This document shows, piece after piece, positions 10,778-20,677 of a DNA stretch of 64,000 nucleotides. This stretch comes from Nitrospirota bacterium. Its GTDB lineage: Bacteria; Nitrospirota; UBA9217. The DNA lies in the NCBI GenBank assembly GCA_963790205.1, contig CAWBNQ010000006.1:32001-96000 (forward strand), in the 5' to 3' direction. Position numbers and translations under genes: made by a program. Each line of letters begins with the position of its first letter. Position 1 is the stretch's first letter. The notes under the pieces are model-generated. The model did not search any database and was not told where the DNA came from. It worked only from the letters and a program-made list of their open reading frames with translations.

Positions 10778-11326
10778 ATGAAAGCTCTTGTTCCAATCGA
10801 AATAATCGAGAAGAAGATATTGTTGATCGACGGTCAGAAGGTCATGCTGGACAGCGACCTTGCAGCTCTGTACGGCGTGACTACGAAGCGGCTGAACGAA
10901 CAGGTTCGCCGCAATGTGAAGCGCTTTCCCGCTGATTTCATGTACCAGTTGTCACAAGAAGAACTCGATTCTTTAAGGTCGCATTTTGCGACCTTAAAGA
11001 ATAGTCGAGGAAAACACCGCAAATATATGCCTTATGTCTTTACCGAACAAGGCATAGCCATGCTCTCCAGCGTATTAAACAGTGGTCGGGCTATTGAAGT
11101 AAACATTCAGATCATGCGGACCTTTGTAAAGCTGCGGGAGATGATGGCATCACATAAAGACCTGGCAAAGAAACTCACTGATCTCGAAAAGAAATACGAC
11201 GGTCAATTTCAAATTGTATTCGAGGCCCTCAGGCAGCTTATTGAGATAGAACAGAAACCGAAGGGTAAGATTGGCTTTATCGCAAAGGAGCGTCAGGCAG
11301 TGTATAGGACGACTAAGAAGCGGTGA
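10778..11326 (+). CDS. ORF6N-domain DNA-binding protein
   Basis: VMLDSDLAALYGV, RFPADFMYQL and PYVFTEQGIAMLSSVL motifs. Confidence 0.9.
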   Translation: MKALVPIEIIEKKILLIDGQKVMLDSDLAALYGVTTKRLNEQVRRNVKRFPADFMYQLSQEELDSLRSHFATLKNSRGKHRKYMPYVFTEQGIAMLSSVLNSGRAIEVNIQIMRTFVKLREMMASHKDLAKKLTDLEKKYDGQFQIVFEALRQLIEIEQKPKGKIGFIAKERQAVYRTTKKR

Positions 11327-11340
11327 ATGTCAAAATAAAA

Positions 11341-12941
11341 CGGGCTGTTGCCCAAAGGACTTCCCGCGAACGATCAAGCGCCTTGATGCGTAAAGAGGTC
11401 TAAGCTAATGACGGGCAATATCGGTTCTGTCTCGAGGGAATATGCAAAATGAGCGATCCGAAAGCCTTTGCCACTGTTCTTTGAACAACGAGCAGCCGTA
11501 CCGCAGCTGCTTTCTTCGGCTTGGAAGCATGCGCTATTAGCACTTGCATGTTCTGGATGGCACAGGTCATATATTCCTGGACCCGCATTCGCCAAAGGCC
11601 TCGCCAGCGTGCTTGATCGAAGCCGTATCGGGTGCCCCTGGCAAAGGATCGCTCCATCAGGTGTTGTCTGGTTTTGATGTCGTACCGTGCATTGGCTGAT
11701 CGACTGATTGCACGCATGCGCTCCAGAACATTCTGCCGGAGATGACGCTTGATCGTTCGGCCGGACTTGTTTTTCGTGCATTGCTCTCTAAGCTGGCACG
11801 CTGCGCAGACTTTCCTGGGCGCTGCGTAATCCCGGCTTTGTCTGGCTATATGCAGCGACTTCGGCTTGAGCTGAGTTCCTGCCGGGCACATATAGGAGTC
11901 GGTGGCAGGATCATAGGAAAATCTATCTTCCATAAAGATGTCGGTTTTCGCTATGCGATTGATCGCCACGTCTCGTAAATCCGGGATATGCGCCTTTATG
12001 CCCTTGTCATGGCAGGCAAGGAAGTTGTCGATCGTTCCGTACTTACTGTCCGCAACAACCGTTTCGGCCTCGACTTCCGTTGTTGCGTGGTGTTGCTCAA
12101 GCAGCGAAAGCATCAGATGGGCTTCGTTCACATCGCCGGGCGCTACGTCGGTTGCAGTGATGATTTCTTTTTTACCGTCAACGGCCCGATGCACTTGGTA
12201 GGAAAGTTTGGATTTCCCCCGGTTCACCAGGGCCGCGTCCGGGTCGGTGGTGGAGATATAGCGGTTGTTCTTTTTTTCGTGGGTCCTGGAAGGATCAGTG
12301 CTTTCGGTGCGTTCTTCCAAGCGGGCTTCCAGCTTTTTATAATTTTTGTGCAACTGATGTTTCAGGTTCCGGGTATCGAGAACCGAACTGTTGGAGGCAT
12401 TTGCATCCACCAGACTGGAGTCGACGAAGATCTTGCGGCCGTCAATAAGACCGGCTTCCGCGCACTGCAGAACAATACGTTCGAAGAACCTTTGAAAAAC
12501 ATCGAGGCCCCATTTTTTGCGGGCCTTGGATAGCACGCTATGGTTGGGAATTTCAGAATCAAGGTCATACCCGAGAAACCAGAGCCAATCCATACGCTCT
12601 GGCAGGGTGTCCATCAGCTCCCGCTCCGAGCGGACATTATAAAAGATCAGGAGTAGCATCAGTTTCAGGATAATTGGTGGTGGCACTGAAACGTTGCCGT
12701 TGTTGCCGTACAAGTCCTTGACTTCGTCATAGGCGAAGTTGAAATCGATCAGCGTATTGACTTTTCTCAAAGGATGGTTCTCACGAACCCGTTTTTCTAT
12801 ATTGATGCCGATATAGAACAAGCTGCTTTGAGGCGGTTGCTGCAATCCCATCATGGCTATTGGCTCCTGATGTCGTGATTGACGTCGCAGCAATATAGCA
12901 TTACTGAGTGGCTTTCTCAATATCATTTGGGCAACAGCCCG
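11341..12941 (-). mobile_element. IS1182-family insertion sequence
   Basis: Perfect 16-bp TIR CGGGCTGTTGCCCAAA (11341-11356 / 12926-12941); AAAA on both sides. Confidence 0.9.
11400..12854 (-). CDS. IS1182-family transposase
   Basis: HPLR..IDF, VDSS..ANAS, STTDPDA, ADSKYG and Cys-rich CPAG..CAAC motifs; start placed inside the TIR. Confidence 0.9.
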   Translation of the reverse strand: MMGLQQPPQSSLFYIGINIEKRVRENHPLRKVNTLIDFNFAYDEVKDLYGNNGNVSVPPPIILKLMLLLIFYNVRSERELMDTLPERMDWLWFLGYDLDSEIPNHSVLSKARKKWGLDVFQRFFERIVLQCAEAGLIDGRKIFVDSSLVDANASNSSVLDTRNLKHQLHKNYKKLEARLEERTESTDPSRTHEKKNNRYISTTDPDAALVNRGKSKLSYQVHRAVDGKKEIITATDVAPGDVNEAHLMLSLLEQHHATTEVEAETVVADSKYGTIDNFLACHDKGIKAHIPDLRDVAINRIAKTDIFMEDRFSYDPATDSYMCPAGTQLKPKSLHIARQSRDYAAPRKVCAACQLREQCTKNKSGRTIKRHLRQNVLERMRAISRSANARYDIKTRQHLMERSFARGTRYGFDQARWRGLWRMRVQEYMTCAIQNMQVLIAHASKPKKAAAVRLLVVQRTVAKAFGSLILHIPSRQNRYCPSLA

Positions 12942-13257
12942 AAAAGACGTGACGCTCAGGTCTTCCGAGTGGAGAGTAGGGAATATCAAAATACAAGATG
13001 TGACCCTATGAGGTGCTTTTCTTATCGTCTTTTTGTTGTTCGAATTCGGGAAAGCAGCGGCCTTCCAGAGTGTCATGGCCATGCTCTTCAGGACCGCGGT
13101 CTGGCTGGCGATCTATTCCCTGGTCTTGTGGAAGAACAGGGGACAGGTAAAATAGAGCGAAGTGTGAAGTAAGAAGTGAGAATGGTGAAGAAAATAAATC
13201 GCTTCAAACTTCACCCTTCAAACTTCTAACTTCTACAAAGTAGACAGGAGGAAAACC

Positions 13258-13776
13258 ATGTTGCCCAGCCGTAACGATGATTTGCGCAAAGCCTACCGGA
13301 TGACCGCGTTCATCGGCCTGGCCATGATCGCGAGCCTAGTCGTCTATGCCGTCGTGGTCGAGCTCATCAAGAAGCAGAATGCGCCCTTCGGCGGGTACTC
13401 GCCCATGCCGCCCGATGTCTTCTCGACGCTTCGCTATGCGCTCATGGTTGTTGCGGCCGTGGAATTCTTTGTGATCAGGCTCATGAACAAGCTTATGCTC
13501 TCCGGGAAGGTCCCGCTCCAAAGTTCGCCCACGACCGTCAAGTTCACTCCCGAGCTGCAGCGGCTGGTGAGCGCGGCCGTCGTGACCTTCGCCCTGTGCG
13601 AGTCCGTGGCCATCTACGGGCTGGTGCTCTTCCTGATCCAGGGAAATTCCGGCGACTTCTATCTCTTCCTGGTCCTCTCGCTCCTGTTTTTCAGCACCTA
13701 CTTCCCGAGGTACGGCACCTGGGAGGAGTGGATCGCCGGGCAGGAGCGCGAGCAGTCCCGGCGGCCGCAGCCGTGA
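13258..13776 (+). CDS. Four-TM membrane protein of unknown function
   Basis: Hydrophobic helices; ALCESVAIYGLV motif; AGGAGG RBS. Confidence 0.7.
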   Translation: MLPSRNDDLRKAYRMTAFIGLAMIASLVVYAVVVELIKKQNAPFGGYSPMPPDVFSTLRYALMVVAAVEFFVIRLMNKLMLSGKVPLQSSPTTVKFTPELQRLVSAAVVTFALCESVAIYGLVLFLIQGNSGDFYLFLVLSLLFFSTYFPRYGTWEEWIAGQEREQSRRPQP

Positions 13777-13787
13777 AAGGCAGCCCC

Positions 13788-14294
13788 ATGAAATACATCT
13801 GCTTAATAGCAGTCGCGCTTGCACTCGCCGTCAGTCCGGCCTTCGCGCAGTTCTATCAGTATACGGACAAGAACGGCAACATTGTGATAACCGACAGCCC
13901 TCCGTCCGGCGCCGAAGTGCGGGAAAAGCAGGTCACCGGGGAGCGCGTCCACAGGTCCACGCGATCGGAAAGTGATCATCCGGCCCTTGAGAAGAAGGAT
14001 GATCCGGACCGGGCCGCGCAGGGGGAAGAACGATCGAAAAAAAATTACAGCCGGGTCAGTGTCGTGATGTACATGACCGACTGGTGAGGCTACTGCAAGA
14101 AGGCGCGTGAGTTCATGCGCTCGCTCGGGGTGGACCTCGTGGAGTACAACATCGACAAGGACAGCGGCAAGCGGGACGAGATGCGCCGAAAAAGCGGCGG
14201 AACCGGCGTCCCGGTGATCGACGTCGAGGGCACGATCATTCGCGGCTTCAATGCCAACGCGATCAGGGCCGCGCTCGATCAGAGCGCCCGGTAA
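13788..14294 (+). CDS. Exported DUF4124-like + glutaredoxin protein with selenocysteine (UGYC)
   Basis: Signal peptide; YQYTDKNGNIVITDSPP; in-frame TGA 14085-14087 in VMYMTDW-U-GYC; glutaredoxin VPVIDVEG..IRGF continues to TAA 14294. Confidence 0.85.
14102..14121 (+). promoter_or_regulatory. Candidate bacterial SECIS hairpin
   Basis: GCGCGTG-AGTT-CATGCGC; loop begins 22 nt after the UGA. Confidence 0.6.
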
Positions 14295-14358
14295 GCATTC
14301 CCTGGTATTCGTGACCCTGAGAGCTGTGCCCCGTTGAAGGGAAAGCATAGATAGAAAC

Positions 14359-14385
14359 AACGTTATATATGGATAGAGCATGAGG
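14359..14385 (+). mobile_element. Isolated copy of the IS110 left end
   Basis: cgttatatatggatagagcatgagg (14361-14385) matches the reverse complement of 22100-22124 at 24/25. Confidence 0.7.
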
Positions 14386-14553
14386 ATCCGAATCATGGGG
14401 TGTCATTGACTAGGGTCAGAATGTCTCTCAGAGTACACGGCGGCGTTCTTCTTCCTGACGGGGTATCTGCTGAAGAAGAAGTATGTGTGGAAATAGTGAA
14501 ATATCAAAATACAAGACGTGACCCTATGGAGTCCCAGCGGAGGTACGATCAGG

Positions 14554-14680
14554 AAGAGCAACGTTATTGACAACGAAAGTGCTGCGATGAAGACCTCCCG
14601 TGGCGTGATTCAGGGCTATAACGGGCCGGACATGGTAGACGGTATTAGATAGTCGTTCACGGGGAGGTTTGGAGAACCCT
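14554..14680 (+). pseudogene. Degenerate IS1182-type transposase fragment
   Basis: Translates KSNVIDNESAAMKTSRGVIQGYNG, resembling the TDxES..M..G..QGYN motif. Confidence 0.55.
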
Positions 14681-15353
14681 AATCCGACCTGCTGGGATCA
14701 TGGTCGCGAAGAAAAGTGCAAACTTCAAGACAGTGAATATTATTAGAGAAAGGATCGACGCATACCTTGTGGCCAGTAAAATACCAGTAGCGTGAAACTC
14801 AATTTCCCGAAGGAGGTAAGTACTAAAAAGAACTGTAGAAGCGGCTTGGGATCATCATCTATCGGCCGAAGAACTTTATCTTGAGCTCGAATAAGGACTC
14901 CTGTATCTTTCCAGCCCGCAAGTGTCTCTACTGAAGCGGCGAGAATGCTCTGATCAACGGAAGATGGGCCATTAAGTTTCGCAGTAGCAAAAGGTACTGC
15001 GTGCCCTGCGGACAAAGAGAAAAGCGCCTTCGCGATCTTCACCTGATGGAAATTCGTCAGGTTATTTATTTTGTGGTGTCTATTGGGACGCCAGGCGGAA
15101 ACATTCTCTCATAAGATACGGCGAGCGATATATTCAATCCAAGGCCATCTTATTTATTATAAAAGAAGGCTTGGGACAGCGGAACAGCATTAGCCAACAT
15201 AAGATGATACAAGGATTTAATCAATTTTCCTTCGTACTTAAGGATGAAATGATAATCTGAGCGGACGAATTAGATAGTTACATACTAGAATGAAGTAAGA
15301 GTCTTTTGACTTTTTTACAGGATTGTTAAGTATAAGTAATGGAGGCTTGTGAA

Positions 15354-15791
15354 ATGGCTAAAATAGTTTTGTATATAACTGCTTGTATCTTAATAGTGAT
15401 TTCTGTCGTAGTATTATCAGGAATCATAGTTGCTCATTTCATGTTTGCAGGCAAGACTCCCGAACAGTTAGTTACAATAATGGGAATCCACCCGAGATTC
15501 CCAAAACTGATATATTATGGTGCAATTTCAGGATTTATTTCGTCAATCATTTTTCTTGTTTCCGGAATCAATTTAGTCAGGCTACGAAATTGGGCCAGAA
15601 CATTGTTACTGTGGTTTATCCCACCAATGATATTGTTAGATCTTGTTTACTTTTATCTCATGGATATGCTTAACATACATAACGGCAGGACTTTAATTTT
15701 TGATTTGATTATATGGATGTTACTTCTCAATAAAAATATAGAAAAAGAATTTAGGAAAACTAATAAGGCTGAACGTGCCAGGAGTTTATGA
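15354..15791 (+). CDS. AT-rich membrane protein, possible orphan immunity protein
   Basis: About four TM helices; low GC; lies immediately before an Rhs fragment. Confidence 0.55.
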   Translation: MAKIVLYITACILIVISVVVLSGIIVAHFMFAGKTPEQLVTIMGIHPRFPKLIYYGAISGFISSIIFLVSGINLVRLRNWARTLLLWFIPPMILLDLVYFYLMDMLNIHNGRTLIFDLIIWMLLLNKNIEKEFRKTNKAERARSL

Positions 15792-15849
15792 TATAAGCTC
15801 AAAAGCTGTGAACCTTTAGGGTATCTGCGGCCGGGTCGCAACGAACAAA

Positions 15850-18800
15850 GATAGCCTGAACAACACGATTAATTATACCTATGACTCCGAAGGCAACAAA
15901 CTGACCGAGCAGATCAATGACAGCGCGAACAGTCTCCAGAAGACGCTCAGCTATCAGTACGATGCGCTTGATCGGCTGGCGAAGATCGTGAACCCCGATA
16001 GTACGTTTACGCAGTATACCTATGACGGGACAACGGCCAAAGACCCGAATGGAAACGCGACTACCTACAACTATGATGCATTAAGCCGACTGGCTTCGGT
16101 CATCCAGCCCGGAACTGTTACGACAACTTATGGCTACAACACAAATAATAACCTGATTTCCGTGACGGATGCGAACAACAATACGACCTCGTACAAGTAC
16201 GACGACAAAGGTAGGGTCTATCAAGTCATCTCGCCGGACACAGGAACCACAACTTACCAGTATGATCCAGCTGGAAATCTCACGAGCAAGACGGACGCGA
16301 AGGGAATTACTGTTGCATATACGTATGACGCGGCAAATAGGCTAACGCGAATCCACTTCCCGTCTGATACCGACATTGTTTACGCTTATGATAGCTGCGT
16401 GAACGGCAAAGGCCGTCTTTGCAGCATGACCGACGCGAGCGGCACGACTGCTTACGAATACTCCGCGAAAGGTCAGATCAAAAAAGAAACGCGGGCCATC
16501 GATAGCATTCAATACGTCACCCAATACACCTACGATCAGAACGGCAACTTGAAGACGATAACGTATCCCAGCAGTCGCGTGATCACGTACACCGTGTCGA
16601 ACGATAAAGTGACCGCTGTTCTGAACAACGCCGCGAACCTTGCCACGAATATCAACTATAAACCTTTCGGCGGCGTTTCCTCGCTTACCTATGGCAACAG
16701 CATTGTCGGAACCATCGGCTACGATAACCAGTATCGCGTTACGAGCATCACAGCGGGAACCGTGATGAGTCTCGGCTATCCAACGTATGATGCGAACGGG
16801 AACATCATGGCCATCAACAACGCTCTCGATCCCACTAAGAACAAGTCATTTACTTACGATGCTCTTGATCGTCTCTCGACGGCAACGGCCACCGGCATAT
16901 GGGGCAGTCTCGCCTGGACCTATGACGGAGTTGGAAACAGACAGACGGAGAACGGAAACTCGTACACTTACGTTCCCAGCAGTAATAAGCTAAGCGGCGC
17001 CAATGGCCTGTCTTATGGATTTGATAACGACGGCAATACCACGATAGAAGGCGCACGTCAGTATATCTATAATCAGAACCAAAGATTGATCCAGGTAAAC
17101 AACGGTAGCACCATTGCGTACTACACCTACAATGGCAACGGCCAGCGAGTAAAGAAGAATGTTAATGGCGTAGTAACTATCTTCCATTACAGCCTGAATG
17201 GCCAGATCATTGCCGAATCAGATAGTGCTGGCACTATTACCGCGGAATACGTTTACCTCAATGCCCGTCCGCTCGTAAAGATCGAAGGGCCGAATAACTA
17301 TTATTACATCAATGATAGTCGTGAGCTACCCCCCTTTGTAGTGCCACTTGCAATTAGAGGTTTTGACCGATCTTTGACAATTCTTGCAGCTTGAATTCAG
17401 CAGGCGTCAGGTCGTTTAAAGAGCTGTGGAGACGAACCTGCATGTAATCGACCCGCCAATTCTCGATGATCTTTCGTGCATGATCCAAGCTCATGAACCA
17501 GTTTTCGTTCAGACATTCGTCGCGGAATCTGCCGTTAAAGCTCTCCATGTAGCAATTATCAACCGGCTTGCCCGGACGAATGAACTGTAGCTTGATCCCG
17601 CGCTCATATGCCCACGCATCCAGCGCGTTGCTGATGAACTCAGGGCCATTATCAACAACGATCTGCTCGGGAAGGCCGTGAATTGCCGATATCCGGGTCA
17701 GGACCTGTGCTACCCGCTTACCGCCGATCGATGTATCTACTTCAATCCAGAAACATTCTCTTGTAAACGTATCAATGATCGGAAGCGCCCGAAACCTTCG
17801 CCCGTTATGCAGCGCATCCTGAAGAAAGTCCATGGCCCAGAGTTGATTCGGCCGCTCTGCCTTGGGAAGTTCTATTCGAGCCTGAGCTGCCAGCTCCTTC
17901 ATCCTGGTACGAAGTGCTTCGTCCTTATCCGGTTTCCGTTTGTACCGCAGGGTGTTCCGGCTCAGGTCCACGAGGCGGCTGGCGCGGCGATCACTCAGCC
18001 CAAAGCAGTCTTTGATATAGGCTGCGGCATCCCGCCGTGCCTTGGGCGTTAGAAGTTTTTTGTTACTACCGCTTTCAGTGCCTGGTTATCAAGCGTCAGA
18101 TCGGCTACGATCTGCTTCAAACGTCGGTTCTCGTCCTCGAGCTGCTTGAGGCGCCTCACCTCGCTGACGCCCATGCCGCCGTATTTTGCTTTCCAGTTGT
18201 AATAGGTGGCGTCGCTGAATCCGTATTTGCGGCAGAGCTCGGGGATCTTTATCCCTGCATCTGCCTCTTTTAAAATTTTGACAATCTGCTCCTCCGAGTA
18301 CTTGCCTTGCTTCATCTGGTGCCTCCTTTTCGAGTGAGATATTATGTCACACTCTAATCGGAAATGGCACTATTTTCGGGGGGCAGGTCCGTCGCGCTAC
18401 TCCCCAGAAGATGGTGGACAGCACGGGCACAGTTGTATGGGCTGCTGATTACAAACCTTTCGGCGAAGCGACGATCACTGTGTCAACGATCACAAACAAC
18501 CTCAGATTCCCTGGGCAGTATTATGATGTGGAGACAGGATTGAATTATAATTACTATAGGGACTATAATCCGATGACTGGGCGGTATATAGAGGCGGATC
18601 CGATTGGACTGAAGGGCGGATTAAATCTTTTTGCTTATGCAAAAGGGTCACCGATTAAGTGGGTGGATCCTCGAGGACTTTTATGTGTTCGGATCTGGCG
18701 ATCAGTCACAGGATTTGAATACCACATTTGGGATACTAGGTGGAATAAGGAGGGAGAAACAGTAGTAGATCCGGATTTACATTATGGATATTGCCAATGG

Positions 18801-19010
18801 AGTAAAATCCAGGAAGGTTGGTTAAAAGAGTATGTAAAAACTACTTATCTCTGTTGTGAATGTTTTAAATGTCAAATAAAGACTGAAGAGACTATAGAAG
18901 AAGGGCGACATGATAAGGTGGTTGACACCAGGATTACATCTATGTCATTTTGGCCTGTGGGACCGTATCATACATATATACACCAGTGTCCAACTCCATC
19001 CGATATTTAA
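15850..19010 (+). pseudogene. 5'-truncated Rhs/YD-repeat protein with C-terminal toxin domain, interrupted by IS3
   Basis: YD repeats; removing the IS and one GTCG restores YYYINDSRATPQKM in frame; core end RFPGQYYD..DPIGLKGG..DPRGL, then a roughly 110-aa variable tail. Confidence 0.85.
17322..18390 (-). mobile_element. IS3-family element (orfA 18049-18315, internally deleted orfB)
   Basis: TIRs TGAGCTACCCCCC..TAGTGCCA / TGGCACTA..GGGGGGCAGGTCC; GTCG target duplication; AAAAAAC slippery site; rve WAMDF..DNGPEF..ESFNG; HTH part of orfB appears missing. Confidence 0.9.
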
Positions 19011-19030
19011 AGGAGCTGAAAGGAGCTGAG

Positions 19031-19513
19031 ATGATCAATCTATTTGGCTTTCTGTTAATTATCGCAGGATTTATTATACCTTTCCTAACTGATGGGCAGA
19101 TACGATCAACATTCTTTTTTTTGGTCGGATTCCTACTGCTTCTTTGGCCGAACAAGTATTTCCCGAAGATGTCCTTTTGGTTAAAATGGGGTCGAATTGG
19201 CGTGATACTAAAAATATTCGGGACATTATTTTTGATTCTTTTCTTTAAGCTTATAACACAAACATCGTTTTCTTCAAGTTATTTTGCTCTGTTAATGTTA
19301 CAGATAACCAGTTATATCTTCAGTCCTTTTGCTAGAATATTTGATATCATATTGCCAAAGGGCCAGATAACAATGCCCGATGGAAGTGCTCAATACACTA
19401 TTAGTTTTATAAGAGCTTCGGTTACTAGTTTCTGCGATATCTTGGCATATATCTTAATTGGCATCGCAATCGGTAAATTAATTGCGATGAAACAGAGTAA
19501 AAAAACAACATGA
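19031..19513 (+). CDS. Putative immunity membrane protein for the Rhs toxin
   Basis: Low GC, multi-TM; starts 20 bp after the toxin stop with an AGGAG RBS. Confidence 0.6.
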   Translation: MINLFGFLLIIAGFIIPFLTDGQIRSTFFFLVGFLLLLWPNKYFPKMSFWLKWGRIGVILKIFGTLFLILFFKLITQTSFSSSYFALLMLQITSYIFSPFARIFDIILPKGQITMPDGSAQYTISFIRASVTSFCDILAYILIGIAIGKLIAMKQSKKTT

Positions 19514-19820
19514 CACTGTGGGGAGGTTGTTTTTATGCTTGCTTTTCCGTATGGTCAAAATATTCAAACGCACTGTTTTGTATGATTTTTACAGCCTCGT
19601 GCCAGCCCTGATATCATTCGCCAATTGCGGCAGCGGATGAGTCGGCGGGTGCTCCGTCTCTCCCTGTTATGCGATCAATGATGAAATAGCATGCCCTCTA
19701 CAAGTACGATTCTTCAAAAAAGGGCCTTAAAACGCGAGGTGTCGTATCTATACTTCGATCAACAAAACCCGCATGACTACAGGGCTTTTTCTCTATGGGC
19801 CGGGAACGCTAGACCGCACC

Positions 19821-20338
19821 TTTGACGACAAAGGTCGGGTCTATCAGGTCATATCTCCGGACACCGGGACCACTACTTACCAATATGATCCTGCCGGAAA
19901 CATGATCAGTAAAGCGGATGCGAAGGGAATAACCATCTCGTACGCGTATGATGCGCTGAACCGGCTCACTAAGATCGACTTCCCCACAGACACGGACATC
20001 GTTTATGTTTATGACAACTGCCTGAACGGGAAAGGTCGCCTCTGCTCGATGACGGATGCGAGCGGGACAACTGCTTACGAATATTCGCCAAAGGGACAAG
20101 TAAAAAAGGAAACGAAGACCATCGACAGCATCCAGTACGTCACACAGTACTCCTACGATCAGAACGGAAACTTGAAGACAATGACCTACCCGAGCGGCCG
20201 CGTGATCACGTACACGCTCAGTAACGATAAAGTAACCGCTGTCTTGAACAACGCCGCAAATCTCGCAACGAATATCCAATATAAGCCGTTCGGCCCAATG
20301 TCGTCGCTCACCTATGGAAACGGTCTCGCGGGATCAAT
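19821..20338 (+). pseudogene. Second Rhs core fragment
   Basis: DDKGRVYQVISPDTG...LTYGN closely repeats about 16201-16710. Confidence 0.85.
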
Positions 20339-20399
20339 GATAAACATAGGGGACATACTATAACGCTCCCGTCAAGTGACAGTTTAGTTTTCATAATTT

Positions 20400-20660
20400 T
20401 CAATCAGATGGTTTTCTGCGTCGATTGAAGACGCAGCTTTCCTCCCGGCATTCCTGCCAGCATCGCTTTGATCGGCGAGTCTCTCGCATCCAGACGAACG
20501 ATAACTCTAATCGTTACAGCCTATTCGGCATGCCGCGCTTTCAGTTTGGCCGCCCAGAATACCTTATCCAGATTCTATCGTTCAAACGAGAGGTCCTGTA
20601 TTGTCCCCACCGAGGTCGTAGCCTCAACGTAGTGTCCCGGGCTCTCTCGCCGAAATTGGT
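20400..20660 (-). ncRNA. Candidate IS110 bridge/seek RNA in the 3' non-coding end
   Basis: Structured region with internal-loop segments matching both flanks of the insertion site. Confidence 0.65.
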
Positions 20661-20677
20661 TTTTTACGTTTCACGGA

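Noticed and set aside
12855..13082. N-terminal extension of the IS1182 transposase ORF
   Set aside because: It crosses the terminal inverted repeat at 12926-12941, so the real start must lie inside the element
4081..13234. Integron cassette array
   Set aside because: The intergenic repeats lack RYYYAAC/GTTRRRY attC boxes and no IntI gene is present
14743..15042. 99-aa minus-strand ORF in the AT-rich segment
   Set aside because: No RBS or recognisable motif; cannot be supported as a gene
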